Source: Azonexus sp.
Lineage (GTDB): Bacteria > Pseudomonadota > Gammaproteobacteria > Burkholderiales > Rhodocyclaceae
Direction: 5' to 3'
NCBI GenBank assembly: GCA_030824535.1
Contig: JAVBXO010000022.1
Coordinates: forward strand, 1,138 to 65,137
DNA length: 64,000 nucleotides
Shown: positions 41,555-54,736 of the stretch, piece after piece
How positions within the stretch are numbered: position 1 is the first letter of the stretch
How the letters are laid out: every line of letters begins with the position of its first letter
Notes under the pieces: generated by a model
The model's input: the letters and a program-made list of their open reading frames with translations, nothing else
Database searches by the model: none
Told to the model about the DNA's origin: nothing
Translations under genes and position numbers: made by a program

Positions 41555-42172
41555 TCAGCGCAATGTGCGCCCGAGCAAATAAAGCTCGGGGCTGCGATCA
41601 CGTGACGCATCGGGTTTACGCACCGCGACCGTCTTGAAAGTTTCGCGCATCAACTTCAGAAACGTGTCGTAATCCTGCCCCTGAAATACTTTGACCAGAA
41701 AAGCGCCTTCCGGTTTCAAGTGAGCCTTTGAAAATTCCAGCCCCAGTTCGGCAAGGTGCATCACCCTGGCCTGGTCGACCAGCGGTACTCCTGACATATT
41801 GGGGGCCATGTCGGACATTACAAGCCCGACCCGACGTTCCCCCAACAACTCTTCCAACTGGTGCAAAACGGCATCCTCACGAAAATCGCCCTGGATGAAA
41901 TGCACACCATGAATTGGATCCATCTCGAGCAGGTCGAGTGCGAACACCAAACCGCTATCACCTACCCGCTTTACCGCAACCTGCGACCAACCGCCGGGAG
42001 TCGCCCCCAAATCAACGACGACCTCGCTACGCTTGAGCAGTTTGTCCTTATCGTCAATCTCCATCAATTTGAAAGCGGCGCGTGAACGCCAGCCTTCTTT
42101 CTTGGCGAGTTGAACATAAGTGTCGTTAATATGCTCTCGCATCCACGCCTTGCTGGTTCTGGTTCTTTTCAT
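41555..42172 (-). CDS. rlmE: 23S rRNA Um2552 methyltransferase
   Basis: [31 protein letters not shown]; start MKRTRT. Confidence 0.95.
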   Translation of the reverse strand: MKRTRTSKAWMREHINDTYVQLAKKEGWRSRAAFKLMEIDDKDKLLKRSEVVVDLGATPGGWSQVAVKRVGDSGLVFALDLLEMDPIHGVHFIQGDFREDAVLHQLEELLGERRVGLVMSDMAPNMSGVPLVDQARVMHLAELGLEFSKAHLKPEGAFLVKVFQGQDYDTFLKLMRETFKTVAVRKPDASRDRSPELYLLGRTLR

Positions 42173-42203
42173 TCGGTAAAATGCCGTTTTTGAAAGGTTT
42201 ACT

Positions 42204-42560
42204 ATGTTGCAATTATCAACCATCGAACGCCGTGAACTGCGCGCTCGTGCCCACGCCCTGAATCCGGTTGTCGCCATCGCTGAAAATGGTTTGACCGAGG
42301 CCGTTCTCAAAGAAATCGACAGCTGCCTGAAAGCCCACGAACTGATCAAGATTCGCGTCTATGGCGACAGTCGCGAAGATCGCCAGGCCTACCTCGAAAA
42401 AATCTGTGTCGAACTCGACGCTGCGGCCGTTCAACACATCGGCAAGCTGCTCGTCGTATACCGCCACAACCCGGAAAAGGCCGCTGCCGCCGCCTCTGCC
42501 AGCAAAACTTCCCGCCCGGCTTCAGCGCCTCGCCGCACCAAGCGCAGCTTTCAGGGCTAA
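42204..42560 (+). CDS. yhbY: CRM-domain RNA-binding protein YhbY
   Basis: [29 protein letters not shown]. Confidence 0.92.
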   Translation: MLQLSTIERRELRARAHALNPVVAIAENGLTEAVLKEIDSCLKAHELIKIRVYGDSREDRQAYLEKICVELDAAAVQHIGKLLVVYRHNPEKAAAAASASKTSRPASAPRRTKRSFQG

Positions 42561-43021
42561 CCCTTTAGCCCGCGACCGCTTCGCACGACCAGCACCACTC
42601 CCAGCAAGCTCTGCAACAAATAGAGAATGCTGGAAACTGCATGCCAGGTAACGAATCGGTCGCGCATTGCGCTACTCATTACATCCAGCGGCATGGCATC
42701 GACCTTCAGCTGCGCCATCAGCGGCTGAATGCCGAATTGACTTGCTGCAAGCATCAACACCATGACCAGCATCACCCAGAAATCCAGGCGTTTGTGCGCT
42801 TGCCCTCGCCACTCCGCAAACCAGTAAGCGAATAAATACGTCGCAACAGCAAAACCTAGCCAGCCAATCAGTGCAAACAACTTGCCGGCCAGCATTCCTG
42901 CCAGTTGCCGATCAGCCAGCGTAGCAAATAGCGTCGGAACAACAAGATAGCCAACGACCCAGAGCCCACCTACCCACAAGGTGAGCAACACCGAATTGAG
43001 GGCCGCGAACCAGCGACGCAC
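42557..43021 (-). CDS. Membrane protein (DUF4149/TMEM205-like)
   Basis: LWVGG, four TM segments, F..WH..SS..Y motif; greA-yhbY synteny. Confidence 0.75.
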   Translation of the reverse strand: MRRWFAALNSVLLTLWVGGLWVVGYLVVPTLFATLADRQLAGMLAGKLFALIGWLGFAVATYLFAYWFAEWRGQAHKRLDFWVMLVMVLMLAASQFGIQPLMAQLKVDAMPLDVMSSAMRDRFVTWHAVSSILYLLQSLLGVVLVVRSGRGLKG

Positions 43022-43026
43022 CTCGC

Positions 43027-43503
43027 CTACTCGTAGCGAACGTCAATAATTTCGTATTCGCGTAAACCGCCTGGCGCCTGCACCTGCGCAATATCACCCG
43101 CATATTTTCCGATCATCGCCCGCGCCATCGGCGAGGATACGGAAATCTTGCCGGCCTTGATATCAGCCTCATCCTCACCAACGATCTGGTAAGTCACGGT
43201 ATCACCTCTATCCTGATCTTCGAGCCCTACAGTCGCGCCAAATACGCAGCGACCGTCGGCATCCAGCAGTTTTGGATCAATGATCTGGGCGTTGGACAAC
43301 TTGCCCTCGACCTCCTGAATTCGCCCCTCGATAAAACCCTGGCGCTCCTTGGCCGCATCATATTCGGCATTTTCCGACAAATCACCATGCGAGCGCGCCT
43401 CGGCAATCGCGGCAATAACCCAGGGACGATCAACCGTCTTCAGGCGATGCAGTTCTACACGCAGTTTTTCAGCGCCAGTGACAGTCAACGGAACTTTGCT
43501 CAT
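43027..43503 (-). CDS. greA: Transcription elongation factor GreA
   Basis: [22 protein letters not shown]; start MSKVP. Confidence 0.96.
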   Translation of the reverse strand: MSKVPLTVTGAEKLRVELHRLKTVDRPWVIAAIAEARSHGDLSENAEYDAAKERQGFIEGRIQEVEGKLSNAQIIDPKLLDADGRCVFGATVGLEDQDRGDTVTYQIVGEDEADIKAGKISVSSPMARAMIGKYAGDIAQVQAPGGLREYEIIDVRYE

Positions 43504-43511
43504 GTTTTCTT

Positions 43512-43559
43512 CCAGAAAAAGCAAAACCGCCGGCCCCAAAAATGGGCGGTCCGGCGGCT
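43512..43559 (-). terminator. Putative hairpin/terminator between carB and greA
   Basis: Minus strand AGCCGCCGG...CCGGCGGTTTTGCTTTTT. Confidence 0.55.
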
Positions 43560-43569
43560 TGGATTAGTC

Positions 43570-46500
43570 TCAGTGTAGCTGTTCGTGCAAGGACTGGATC
43601 GGATAAACGACCAGCTCACCCAGATGACGGATCCCTTCGGCTGCGGCTTCAGCACCCCAGATCGTCGTGTACATGGTGACACGCGCCTGCAGGCCGGAAG
43701 TCCGGATCGAACGGGAATCATTGATTGCCTGGCGCTTTTCCTCAACCGTATTGATGATCAGGGAAATTTCACCATTCTTGATCATGTCGACGATATGCGG
43801 ACGCCCCTCGGTCACCTTGTTGACTGCCTGCACCGGCAAACCGGCAGCTTCGATGGCCTTGGCCGTACCACGCGTGGCAACGAGCTGGAAACCAGCCTGG
43901 TGCAAATGGCGGGCAATCTCGATGGCCTTGACCTTGTCGCTGTCCTTGATCGACATGAAGACCTTGCCCGCACGTGGCAGCTTGACGCCGGCGGCGAGCT
44001 GCGACTTGACGAAAGCTTCGGCAAAGGTCGTACCGACCCCCATGACTTCGCCGGTCGACTTCATTTCCGGGCCCAAAATGGTATCGACCCCAGGAAACTT
44101 CACGAAGGGGAAGACCGCTTCCTTAACCGAGAAATACGGCGGAATGACCTCGGCAGTGACGCCCTGATCCTTCAGCGAACGACCAGCCATGCAGCGTGCA
44201 GCAATCTTGGCCAATTGCAGGCCGGTTGCCTTGGAAACGAAAGGCACCGTACGCGAGGCGCGCGGGTTAACTTCCAGCACGTAAACTTCGTTGTCCTTGA
44301 TCGCGAACTGCACGTTCATCAGGCCGCAGACGTTGAGCGCCTTGGCCATCAACTTGGTCTGACGACGCAGTTCGTCCTGGATTGCAGGCGACAGCGAATA
44401 GGGCGGCAACGAGCAGGCGGAGTCACCGGAGTGCACGCCAGCCTGTTCAATGTGTTCCATGACGCCACCGATGATGACTTCGTCGCCATCCGACAGGGCA
44501 TCAACGTCGCATTCGACGGCATCGTTAAGGAAGCGGTCAAGCAGCACCGGCGAATCATGGGAAACCTTGACGGCTTCGCGCATGTAGCGCTCAAGATCCT
44601 TCTGCTCATGGACGATTTCCATGGCCCGGCCACCGAGCACGTAGGACGGACGAACGACCAGCGGATAACCGATTTCCTGCGCCAGACGCAGGGCATCTTC
44701 CTCAGTACGCGCAGTACGGTTGGGCGGCTGCTTGAGACCGAGGTCGTGCAGCAACTTCTGGAAGCGCTCGCGGTCTTCAGCGACGTCGATGGATTCCGGG
44801 CTGGTACCGATGATCGGCACGCCATTGGCTTCCAAAGCCAGCGCCAACTTGAGCGGAGTCTGGCCGCCGTACTGTACGATGACGCCGACTGGCTTTTCGA
44901 TGGCGACGATTTCCAGCACGTCTTCGAGCGTCAGCGGCTCGAAATAGAGACGGTCGGAGGTGTCGTAGTCAGTGGAAACGGTTTCCGGATTACAGTTGAC
45001 CATGATGGTCTCGTAACCATCTTCGCGCATCGCCATCGCCGCGTGAACGCAGCAATAGTCGAACTCGATACCCTGGCCGATGCGGTTCGGACCTCCGCCC
45101 AAGACCATGATCTTCTTCTTGTCGGTCGGCATGGCCTCGCACTCGTCCTCGTAGGTCGAGTACATGTAGGCCGTCCCGGTAGCGAATTCGGCAGCACAGG
45201 TGTCGACGCGCTTGTAGACCGGACGCACGGCGAGCTCGTGGCGACGTTCGCGCACTGCTGTTTCGCTCGTCTTGGTCAGATGCGCCAGACGACGATCGGC
45301 AAAACCCTTACGCTTGAGGTAACGCAGCTCTTCTGCGGTCAACGACTGGAAATCGCGTTTTTCGATTTCCAGTTCGAGATCAACGATTTCCTTGATCTGC
45401 ACCAGGAACCATGGATCGATCTTGGTCAGCTCGAAAACACGCTCAACCGACATACCGATACCGAAGGCATCAGCCACGTACCACAGGCGATCCGGCGTCG
45501 GACGGGCCAGTTGCTCATCAATCGTTGCCGGATCGACAGTTTTCAGATTGAAGCCATCGACACCGACTTCCAGCCCGCGCAAAGCCTTTTGCAGCGACTC
45601 CTGGAAGGTGCGACCAATGGCCATGACTTCGCCGACCGACTTCATCTGCGTCGTCAGGGTGTCATCCGCCTGCGGGAACTTCTCGAAGGCGAAACGCGGC
45701 ACCTTGGTAACGACGTAGTCAATCGATGGCTCGAACGATGCCGGGGTCTTGCCGCCGGTGATGTCGTTGGACAACTCGTCCAGCGTGTAGCCGACCGACA
45801 GCTTGGCGGCGATCTTGGCAATCGGGAAGCCAGTTGCCTTGGAAGCCAGCGCTGACGAACGCGAAACGCGCGGATTCATCTCGATGACGACCATCCGGCC
45901 ATCGACCGGATTGATCGAGAACTGCACGTTGGAACCACCAGTATCGACGCCAATCTCGCGCAGCACGGCGATCGAGGCGTTACGCAGGATCTGGTATTCC
46001 TTGTCAGTCAGCGTCTGGGCTGGCGCGACGGTGATCGAGTCGCCGGTATGCACGCCCATCGGATCGAGATTTTCGATCGAGCAGATGATGATGCAGTTGT
46101 CCGCCTTGTCGCGGACGACTTCCATTTCATATTCTTTCCAGCCGAGCAGTGATTCTTCGATCAGCAACTCGTTGGTCGGCGAGGCTTCGAGACCGCGCTT
46201 GCAGATGGTCTCGAACTCTTCCATGTTGTAGGCGATACCACCGCCGGTACCGCCGAGCGTGAAGGACGGACGAATGATGGTCGGAAAACCAATCACCGCC
46301 TGCACCTGGTAGGCCTCTTCCATGCTGTGCGCAGTGGCCGACTTGGCGGAACCGAGACCGATCTTGGTCATCGCGTCCTTGAACTTCTGGCGATCCTCGG
46401 CCTTGTCGATAGCTTCCTTGGAGGCGCCAATCAGCTCGACGTTGAACTTGGCAAGAACTCCCTCGCGGTCGAGGTCGAGCGCGCAGTTCAGCGCGGTCTG

Positions 46501-46776
46501 GCCGCCCATCGTCGGCAACAGCGCATCCGGGCGTTCCTTCTCGATGATCTTGGCAACGACCTGCCAGGTAATCGGCTCGATGTAGGTGACATCGGCCATT
46601 TCCGGGTCGGTCATGATCGTCGCCGGATTGGAGTTAACCAGAATGACCTTGTAACCCTCTTCACGCAGCGCCTTGCAGGCCTGTGCCCCGGAGTAGTCGA
46701 ATTCGCAGGCCTGACCGATGATGATCGGGCCGGCGCCAATGATCAAAACACTTTTTATATCTGTACGTTTCGGCAT
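43570..46776 (-). CDS. carB: Carbamoyl-phosphate synthase large subunit
   Basis: [18 protein letters not shown], duplicated ATP-grasp domains, MGS domain. Confidence 0.98.
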   Translation of the reverse strand: MPKRTDIKSVLIIGAGPIIIGQACEFDYSGAQACKALREEGYKVILVNSNPATIMTDPEMADVTYIEPITWQVVAKIIEKERPDALLPTMGGQTALNCALDLDREGVLAKFNVELIGASKEAIDKAEDRQKFKDAMTKIGLGSAKSATAHSMEEAYQVQAVIGFPTIIRPSFTLGGTGGGIAYNMEEFETICKRGLEASPTNELLIEESLLGWKEYEMEVVRDKADNCIIICSIENLDPMGVHTGDSITVAPAQTLTDKEYQILRNASIAVLREIGVDTGGSNVQFSINPVDGRMVVIEMNPRVSRSSALASKATGFPIAKIAAKLSVGYTLDELSNDITGGKTPASFEPSIDYVVTKVPRFAFEKFPQADDTLTTQMKSVGEVMAIGRTFQESLQKALRGLEVGVDGFNLKTVDPATIDEQLARPTPDRLWYVADAFGIGMSVERVFELTKIDPWFLVQIKEIVDLELEIEKRDFQSLTAEELRYLKRKGFADRRLAHLTKTSETAVRERRHELAVRPVYKRVDTCAAEFATGTAYMYSTYEDECEAMPTDKKKIMVLGGGPNRIGQGIEFDYCCVHAAMAMREDGYETIMVNCNPETVSTDYDTSDRLYFEPLTLEDVLEIVAIEKPVGVIVQYGGQTPLKLALALEANGVPIIGTSPESIDVAEDRERFQKLLHDLGLKQPPNRTARTEEDALRLAQEIGYPLVVRPSYVLGGRAMEIVHEQKDLERYMREAVKVSHDSPVLLDRFLNDAVECDVDALSDGDEVIIGGVMEHIEQAGVHSGDSACSLPPYSLSPAIQDELRRQTKLMAKALNVCGLMNVQFAIKDNEVYVLEVNPRASRTVPFVSKATGLQLAKIAARCMAGRSLKDQGVTAEVIPPYFSVKEAVFPFVKFPGVDTILGPEMKSTGEVMGVGTTFAEAFVKSQLAAGVKLPRAGKVFMSIKDSDKVKAIEIARHLHQAGFQLVATRGTAKAIEAAGLPVQAVNKVTEGRPHIVDMIKNGEISLIINTVEEKRQAINDSRSIRTSGLQARVTMYTTIWGAEAAAEGIRHLGELVVYPIQSLHEQLH

Positions 46777-46797
46777 CTTTATCTCTCTCTGTGCCGC

Positions 46798-47955
46798 TTA
46801 TTGCGCGTTGTTCAGCGCAGCTACGCCACGCGTCATGGTGTCGAGGAAGCGATCAAACAGATAGGCCACATCATGCGGGCCAGGACTGGCTTCCGGGTGC
46901 CCCTGAAAAGAGAAGGCCGGCACATCGGTGCGTGCAATGCCTTGCAGGGAACCGTCAAACAGGGACACGTGGGTAGCACGCAGGTTTTCCGGCAAGGAAT
47001 CGCCGTCGACCGCAAAACCATGATTCTGGCTGGTGATCAGCACCTGACCGGTATCCATATCCTTGACCGGATGGTTGGCGCCGTGATGACCGAACTTCAT
47101 TTTCAGCGTTTTGGCGCCGGAAGCCAGGGCCAGCAACTGATGCCCCAGACAAATGCCAAAAGTCGGGATGCCGCGATCAAGAAACTCGCGAATTGCAGCA
47201 ATGGCGTAGTCACAAGGCTCCGGATCTCCCGGACCATTGGACAGGAAAATGCCATCCGGCTTCATCGCCAGCACATCGGCTGCCGGCGTCTGGGCCGGCA
47301 CGACGGTCAGCTTGACGCCACGCTCGGCCAGCATGCGCAGAATGTTGCGCTTGACGCCAAAGTCATAGGCCACAACATGGAAACGCTCTTCCTTGCGCTG
47401 CGTGTAGCCATCGAGCGTCCATTCGGCCTCAGTCCAGGCATAAGCTTCTTTACCAGACACAACCTTGGCCAGATCCATCCCGGCCAGGCCAGGGAAAGCG
47501 CGAGCCATAGCCAGGGCCTTGGACTCTTCAACCTCACCTGCCAGAATGCAACCTGCCTGGGCACCTTTTTCACGCAGGATACGCGTCAGCTTGCGGGTAT
47601 CGATCCCGGCAATGGCGACAATGCCATGCTTCTTGAGATAGGACGACAAATCATCCTGACAACGCCAGTTCGACGCCCGGCGCGGCAGGTCACGAATGAC
47701 CAGACCGGCAGCATAGTTGGCATTGGATTCGAAATCTTCCGCATTGCAACCGGTGTTGCCGATATGCGGATACGTCAACGTCACGATCTGGCGGCAATAG
47801 GAAGGATCGGTGAGGATCTCCTGATAACCCGACATGGCGGTATTGAAAACAACTTCGCCACTAGTGACACCGTCAGCGCCGATGGACTGGCCCTTGAATA
47901 CCGTTCCGTCGGCGAGGGCGAGAATGGCGGGTGTAAATGAGGGCAGTAACGACAC
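46798..47955 (-). CDS. carA: Carbamoyl-phosphate synthase small subunit
   Basis: [38 protein letters not shown]; GTG start after AGGAG. Confidence 0.97.
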   Translation of the reverse strand: MSLLPSFTPAILALADGTVFKGQSIGADGVTSGEVVFNTAMSGYQEILTDPSYCRQIVTLTYPHIGNTGCNAEDFESNANYAAGLVIRDLPRRASNWRCQDDLSSYLKKHGIVAIAGIDTRKLTRILREKGAQAGCILAGEVEESKALAMARAFPGLAGMDLAKVVSGKEAYAWTEAEWTLDGYTQRKEERFHVVAYDFGVKRNILRMLAERGVKLTVVPAQTPAADVLAMKPDGIFLSNGPGDPEPCDYAIAAIREFLDRGIPTFGICLGHQLLALASGAKTLKMKFGHHGANHPVKDMDTGQVLITSQNHGFAVDGDSLPENLRATHVSLFDGSLQGIARTDVPAFSFQGHPEASPGPHDVAYLFDRFLDTMTRGVAALNNAQ

Positions 47956-48040
47956 GACCGGCTCTCCTGAATTTTCTGCTTATCCATGTGCCAAGCGGGA
48001 AGGCTTGCGCCTCCCCGCTTGTGCTTTTTTTAACCTTCCC

Positions 48041-48069
48041 ATTTTAGCCGAATCCGCCTTTTCAGGCAA
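48041..48069 (-). promoter_or_regulatory. sigma70 promoter of carAB
   Basis: TTGCCT-N17-TAAAAT. Confidence 0.65.
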
Positions 48070-48071
48070 AT

Positions 48072-50612
48072 TCAAGGGATTACACGCAGCTTGACGAAAG
48101 TCTGCAGGCGCGGCTTCAATTGCCCCATCTCTTCGATGAGCGCCTGACAATAGCTGCGACAGGCCTGCCAATCGACGGCATTTCCCGCCAGCATCAACTT
48201 TTCAATGGCTGCGGCCTGGTACTTGGCGATATCGGCATGAAACATCGCCAGCAAGCCCTTCAGAGTATGCGCCGACAATCTGCCCGCTTGCTGGTCTTGA
48301 GCATCGATGGCCCGACTCAATTCGTTCAGGTAGGTATCCCATTCATTGGTAAACATCACCGCCATCGAGTGCAACAATTCCAGATCGCCAATATCGCGCT
48401 CGGCTGCCGCCAAGTCGAGACGCGTGCTCTCGGCATCCTGGGCGGAAAAATCGTTCAGCAGACGACAGCCCTCGGCGCTCGCCTCCCTCGCCCGATCCAG
48501 TGCGGCGTAAAGCTCTTCACGGCGAATTGGCTTGGCAACATAATCATTCATGCCCGCGTTGAGGCAACGCTCACGATCCATTGGCATGACATTGGCCGTC
48601 ATCGCGACGATATAAACCTGATGATAATCCTCGGCCACTACCCAGCTACGCCGCGTCTCGCGTGCACGTATGGTTTCAGCCGCCTCAACCCCCCCCATGA
48701 CCGGCATTTGCATATCCATCAGGATTACATCAAAGCGACCACTGTCAAACAGATCCACTGCTTCAGCACCATTGGTCGCCACAAGCACTTCATGCGACAA
48801 CTGTTGCAGCAACTGGCAAACCAACTCCTGATTCACGGGATTGTCTTCAACCACCATGATGCGCAATGGTCGACCTCCGCTTGGCGCGACCCTGGAAACA
48901 GCATCAACAGCCGGCGGCTCAAGCAAAGGATGGGATTGCACCTCAATCAACACCAAGGCATCCAGCAAGTCAGACTCGCCCAATGGCTTGACGAGATGCG
49001 CGGCAGCCCCCAGCGCCTTCAAAGGAGCAATATCCTGCCGCTGATTCTCGGTCGTCAGCAACAACAGAAGCTTTTCGGGACCTGCGAACATCGCCCAGGA
49101 TGCAACCAGACCATCAGGGAGCGCCCGATCCTTGATCAGGTCTACGAAAACGTAATCGTAGGGCAACCCCGTCGCTCGCGCCTTGGCGATCAGCGTCCGC
49201 GCCACCGGCGCGTCACTGGCCGATTCAGCCAGCAAGCCATGACGCGAAAGCAAACCGGCGAGATGACGATTTGCGGTCGGATTCGCATCGACCACCAGCG
49301 CGCGCCGCCCGGAAAACTTCTGACTTCGCACGGCAAACGGCGACGCCTCCTGCCCGAAAAATGCCGTGAATGAAAATACGGCCCCTTGCCCAGGCTTGCT
49401 TTCCAGGGAGATTCGCCCCCCCATCAATTGCACCAGCCGGGTTGAAATGGCCAGACCAAGACCACTGCCGCCATAGCGACGGGTCATTGAAGCATCGGCC
49501 TGGGAAAAGGCCTCAAAAATAGCCTGCTGCTTATCGTGTGGTACGCCGATTCCCGTATCGCGAATCGAAAACCTGAGACCGGTAGTCCCGGCAGGCGCTT
49601 CAATCACCGAAACCTCGATCACCACCTCACCACGCTCGGTGAACTTGATGGCATTGCCAACCAGATTGGTGATCACCTGACGCAGGCGGACCGGATCACC
49701 CACGACCCTGACCGGCACCTCCGACTGCAAATCCACGACCAGTTCCACCCCCTTCTGGTGCGCGATGACAGCAAGAACCCGGACCGACTCGAGTACCAAG
49801 TCATGCAGACTGAAAGGCAGTTTTTCAAACTCCAGCCGCCCTGCCTCAATCTTCGAAAAATCAAGAATGTCGTTAACAATCGCCAACAGGGAATCGGCAG
49901 AGGATTTGACGGTTTTCAGGTAATGGCGCTGTTCGGCATCGAGTTTTGTATCCAGGGCCAAATCGATCATGCCAATGATGCCGTTCATCGGTGTGCGAAT
50001 TTCATGGCTCATATTGGCCAGAAAAGCACCGCGCGCCTTATTGGCCGACTCCGCCGTCTCCTTTGCGGCAACCAGCGCCGCCTCTGCCCGCTTTACCTCG
50101 CTGATGTCACGCTGCAGCACCAGCAGGCGCGCCGGACGCCCCTGCTCATCGCGTGAAGCAACTGCACCACGCAACACGCACCAGCGTCTGAAGCCATCCT
50201 TGGCCAGGAAACGACACTCGACCTCGAAAAAGCGATCACGATTGCGAACATGCAGGTCAATCCGCTCGCGCAAGCGTCGTAAATCCTGCGCATCAATCCT
50301 GCCCAGCCACTCACCGATTGAATTGTCAAAATCCTCGGTGCCATAGCCCAGCATTTCCTTCCACTGGCGCCCGGAATCGATTTGTCCGCTCAACAAATTC
50401 CAGTCAATCAGCGCATCCCCGGTCAGGGTTGCATGCCAGGCGGTCAGGTTAAAACCGGAATAAGCCACATAAGCAGCGTCAACCGCAGCAAGCAGTTTTT
50501 CCAGGCCGGCGGCCAGCTCAGGCTTCTCGCTGACCAGCAAAGCCCGCAACGATGATTCACCATCACCGCCAAAGATTTCCTGCAGCTGACGGGCCAGCAG
50601 CCTGGATCTCAT
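48072..50612 (-). CDS. Cytoplasmic hybrid sensor histidine kinase (PAS-HisKA-HATPase-REC-REC-Hpt)
   Basis: [50 protein letters not shown]; no TM segment. Confidence 0.9.
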   Translation of the reverse strand: MRSRLLARQLQEIFGGDGESSLRALLVSEKPELAAGLEKLLAAVDAAYVAYSGFNLTAWHATLTGDALIDWNLLSGQIDSGRQWKEMLGYGTEDFDNSIGEWLGRIDAQDLRRLRERIDLHVRNRDRFFEVECRFLAKDGFRRWCVLRGAVASRDEQGRPARLLVLQRDISEVKRAEAALVAAKETAESANKARGAFLANMSHEIRTPMNGIIGMIDLALDTKLDAEQRHYLKTVKSSADSLLAIVNDILDFSKIEAGRLEFEKLPFSLHDLVLESVRVLAVIAHQKGVELVVDLQSEVPVRVVGDPVRLRQVITNLVGNAIKFTERGEVVIEVSVIEAPAGTTGLRFSIRDTGIGVPHDKQQAIFEAFSQADASMTRRYGGSGLGLAISTRLVQLMGGRISLESKPGQGAVFSFTAFFGQEASPFAVRSQKFSGRRALVVDANPTANRHLAGLLSRHGLLAESASDAPVARTLIAKARATGLPYDYVFVDLIKDRALPDGLVASWAMFAGPEKLLLLLTTENQRQDIAPLKALGAAAHLVKPLGESDLLDALVLIEVQSHPLLEPPAVDAVSRVAPSGGRPLRIMVVEDNPVNQELVCQLLQQLSHEVLVATNGAEAVDLFDSGRFDVILMDMQMPVMGGVEAAETIRARETRRSWVVAEDYHQVYIVAMTANVMPMDRERCLNAGMNDYVAKPIRREELYAALDRAREASAEGCRLLNDFSAQDAESTRLDLAAAERDIGDLELLHSMAVMFTNEWDTYLNELSRAIDAQDQQAGRLSAHTLKGLLAMFHADIAKYQAAAIEKLMLAGNAVDWQACRSYCQALIEEMGQLKPRLQTFVKLRVIP

Positions 50613-50617
50613 CTCAG

Positions 50618-51912
<1,295 letters not shown>

Positions 51913-52008
51913 TCGGGTTTCCGGAGTTTTTCAAACTTCTTTGAAGCGGTATATCATACCCGAAATACGCCATCCGCCCCGCCTGCACCACTTCCGGAAA
52001 CATCACAA

Positions 52009-52446
52009 ATGAGCGATCCGCAAAGCCTCAAGAACATGGGGCTTAAAGCCACTTTTCCGCGCCTGAAAATTCTTGAATTATTTGAAAAAGGCACGATGCG
52101 TCACATGACGGCGGAGGATGTCTACCGAATGCTGATTGCCGAGAATATGGATATCGGTCTGGCGACGGTCTATCGGGTATTGACCCAGTTTGAACAGGCC
52201 GGGCTCCTGGAGCGGCACTTTTTCGAATCCGGAAAAGCCGTCTTCGAAATCAACCGGGGCAATCACCACGACCATCTGGTGTGCGTTGACTGTGGTCGCG
52301 TCGAAGAATTCTACGACCCGGAAATCGAGCGTCGGCAGAATGCCATCGCCAGCGAGCGTGGGTTTGCCATCCAGGACCACGCCCTTTACCTGTACGCCCA
52401 ATGTACCAAGGCTAACTGCCCGCATCGCAACGCCAACGACAACTAG
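52009..52446 (+). CDS. fur: Ferric uptake regulator
   Basis: [28 protein letters not shown]. Confidence 0.96.
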   Translation: MSDPQSLKNMGLKATFPRLKILELFEKGTMRHMTAEDVYRMLIAENMDIGLATVYRVLTQFEQAGLLERHFFESGKAVFEINRGNHHDHLVCVDCGRVEEFYDPEIERRQNAIASERGFAIQDHALYLYAQCTKANCPHRNANDN

Positions 52447-52459
52447 ATCGCCACGACCT

Positions 52460-53065
52460 GTGACCGAACTAGCTACCATTGCCCCGGCCTCCTGGCTGTC
52501 GTCGACCGCCACCACCTTTCTGCTGATTGCCTTGGCCGAATTTGGCGACAAAAGCCAACTGGTGTGCATGACCCTGGCGGCCCGTCATCGCGGCACGCCC
52601 GTGGCGCTCGGGGCCATTGCCGCTTTTGCCATCCTTAATTTGCTGGCCGTCCTGTTTGGCGCCGCCATCGCCGCCTGGCTACCGGAGTGGATGGTCACTA
52701 GCGCGGTGGCGGCACTTTTCGCCTTTTTTGGCATTGCCGCCCTACGCTACAGCGATGATGAAGACGACGAAAATATCGAGGAAAAACCGGGGCACGGCAT
52801 TTTCGCCACGACTTTTCTGATGATTTTCCTCGCCGAATTTGGTGACAAGACGCAAATCGCTGTCGCCGGCATGGGCAGTGCCACGCCGCCGCTGGCCGTC
52901 TGGCTAGGCTCAACGCTGGCGCTGGCCACCACGTCGCTACTGGGAATTTACGCCGGCAGGCGTTTTCTGAAGCGCCTGCCCTTGCTATGGATACACCGTA
53001 TCAGCGGTGCGTTTTTTCTGGTGCTCGCCGCTGTCGCCGTAGCGCACCTGCTCGGCGCTTTCTGA
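52460..53065 (+). CDS. TMEM165/GDT1 (UPF0016) family Mn2+/Ca2+ transporter
   Basis: Two EFGDK(S/T)Q motifs, six TM segments, acidic central loop; GTG start approximate. Confidence 0.9.
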   Translation: MTELATIAPASWLSSTATTFLLIALAEFGDKSQLVCMTLAARHRGTPVALGAIAAFAILNLLAVLFGAAIAAWLPEWMVTSAVAALFAFFGIAALRYSDDEDDENIEEKPGHGIFATTFLMIFLAEFGDKTQIAVAGMGSATPPLAVWLGSTLALATTSLLGIYAGRRFLKRLPLLWIHRISGAFFLVLAAVAVAHLLGAF

Positions 53066-53068
53066 TTT

Positions 53069-54736
53069 TCAGGTATTTTTGACCGTTGACCGCAGTAATT
53101 CGCGGGCATGCTGCAAAGTGATGTCGGCAATCTCGACGCCGCCCAGCATACGGGCAATTTCTCTGACCCGGCCATCGTCAGCAAGCGGCTCGATAGCGCT
53201 CAAGGTCACGCCATCGCGCGTTTCCTTGCTCACTTGCCACTGCCAGACCGCCTGAGCCGCTACTTGCGGCAAGTGCGTGACGCACAAGACTTGGCGCTCG
53301 GCGCCCAGTTCGCGCAGCAAACGCCCGACGATTTCCGCAACACCGCCGCCGATCCCGACATCCACTTCGTCAAAGATCAGGGTCGGCACGCTGGCAGAAC
53401 GGGAAGTCAAAACCTGAATGGCCAAACTGATGCGCGACAATTCGCCACCGGAAGCCACCTTGGCCAGCGGCTTGGCGGCATTGCCAGCGACGCCGCCAAT
53501 ACGGAACTCAACCTGCTCCAGGCCGTAAACTGCCCCCTGGACCAGCGGCAGCAAGGCTACTTCCAGACGCCCGCTGGCCAAAGCCAGCTGGCGCATGATT
53601 TCGCTGACCTTGCCGGCCATTTCTTCAGCCGCCAGTCGGCGCGCCGCCGAAAGCGCCAGTGCCAGATCGCGGTAAAGAGAATGGGCGTTTTCAACCCGTA
53701 ACTGCAACTGCCCAAGATCCGCCGAGGCTTCGAGCTCAGCCAGACGCTTTTTCCAGCCGGCCAGCAGCCCCGGCAATTCAGGTGGCTGAACGCGATAGCG
53801 TCGGGCGTGCCCCATGACCACTTCCATCCGCCGCTCCACTTCGGCCAGACGCGCCGGATCGAGATCAACCCGCCCCATATAACGGCGCAGCGTGGACACG
53901 GCTTCCGACAACTCGGCCTGTACCGAGCCGAGTAGCCCGGCGACTTCGGCCAGCGCCGGATCGTATTCGGCCAGGCCATCCAGGCGAGTGGCAACACCAT
54001 CAATTTGCTGCTCGCAGGCGCCATCATCCTCGGCCAGCACCGAGAGCGCGTATTGCGCACCTTCGAGCAGGCTGGCCGCGTGACTCAAGCGCCGATGTTC
54101 CAGATCAAGAGTCGGCCACTCCTCTTCCTCCATCCCCAGAGCATCGAGCTCGCGTATCTGCCATTCGAGCTGCTCGCGTTCGCGCACCAGCGCCGCCGCG
54201 CCTTCGCGCGCGCTGAGCAAGGCCTGCTCGGCATTGCGCCAGGTCCGCCAGGCATCACCAACCTGCTTCACCTGCGGCGCCAAACCAGCATGGGTATCGA
54301 GCAAGGCGCGCTGGGCATCGCTGCGCAACAGCGACTGGTGCGCGTGCTGGCCGTGAATATCGACCAGCCAGTCACCGACTTCGCGCAACTGCTGGGCCGT
54401 CGCCGGAGAACCATTGATATAGGCGCGGGAACGCCCGCCAGCATCGACGACGCGGCGCAACAGGAGTTCATCACTGAGATCGAGATCATGAGCGAGCAGC
54501 CATGCTCCGACCATCGGCAAAGCCGTTACGTCGAAACAGGCACTGACCTCGGCCTTGTCACAGCCGGCCCGGACCACACCGGCATCAGCCCGTTCGCCCA
54601 GGGTTAGCGCCAAGGCGTCAATCAGAATCGACTTGCCGGCCCCGGTTTCTCCGGTCAAGGCGCCAAAACCGCCGGAAAACTCCAGTTCCAGTCGATCAAC
54701 AATGACAAAATCGCGTATGGTCAGACGCAGCAGCAT
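53069..54736 (-). CDS. recN: DNA repair protein RecN
   Basis: TGETGAGKS, IHGQH, ASGGELSR, IFDEVD, VTHLPQVA. Confidence 0.96.
   Translation of the reverse strand: MLLRLTIRDFVIVDRLELEFSGGFGALTGETGAGKSILIDALALTLGERADAGVVRAGCDKAEVSACFDVTALPMVGAWLLAHDLDLSDELLLRRVVDAGGRSRAYINGSPATAQQLREVGDWLVDIHGQHAHQSLLRSDAQRALLDTHAGLAPQVKQVGDAWRTWRNAEQALLSAREGAAALVREREQLEWQIRELDALGMEEEEWPTLDLEHRRLSHAASLLEGAQYALSVLAEDDGACEQQIDGVATRLDGLAEYDPALAEVAGLLGSVQAELSEAVSTLRRYMGRVDLDPARLAEVERRMEVVMGHARRYRVQPPELPGLLAGWKKRLAELEASADLGQLQLRVENAHSLYRDLALALSAARRLAAEEMAGKVSEIMRQLALASGRLEVALLPLVQGAVYGLEQVEFRIGGVAGNAAKPLAKVASGGELSRISLAIQVLTSRSASVPTLIFDEVDVGIGGGVAEIVGRLLRELGAERQVLCVTHLPQVAAQAVWQWQVSKETRDGVTLSAIEPLADDGRVREIARMLGGVEIADITLQHARELLRSTVKNT

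Noticed and set aside
43585-47940. 756-aa and 537-aa + strand ORFs opposite carB/carA
   Set aside because: Antisense shadow ORFs caused by codon bias
52190-52459. N-terminal extension of the GDT1 ORF overlapping fur
   Set aside because: Open-frame artefact inside fur; family-like sequence begins after the fur stop
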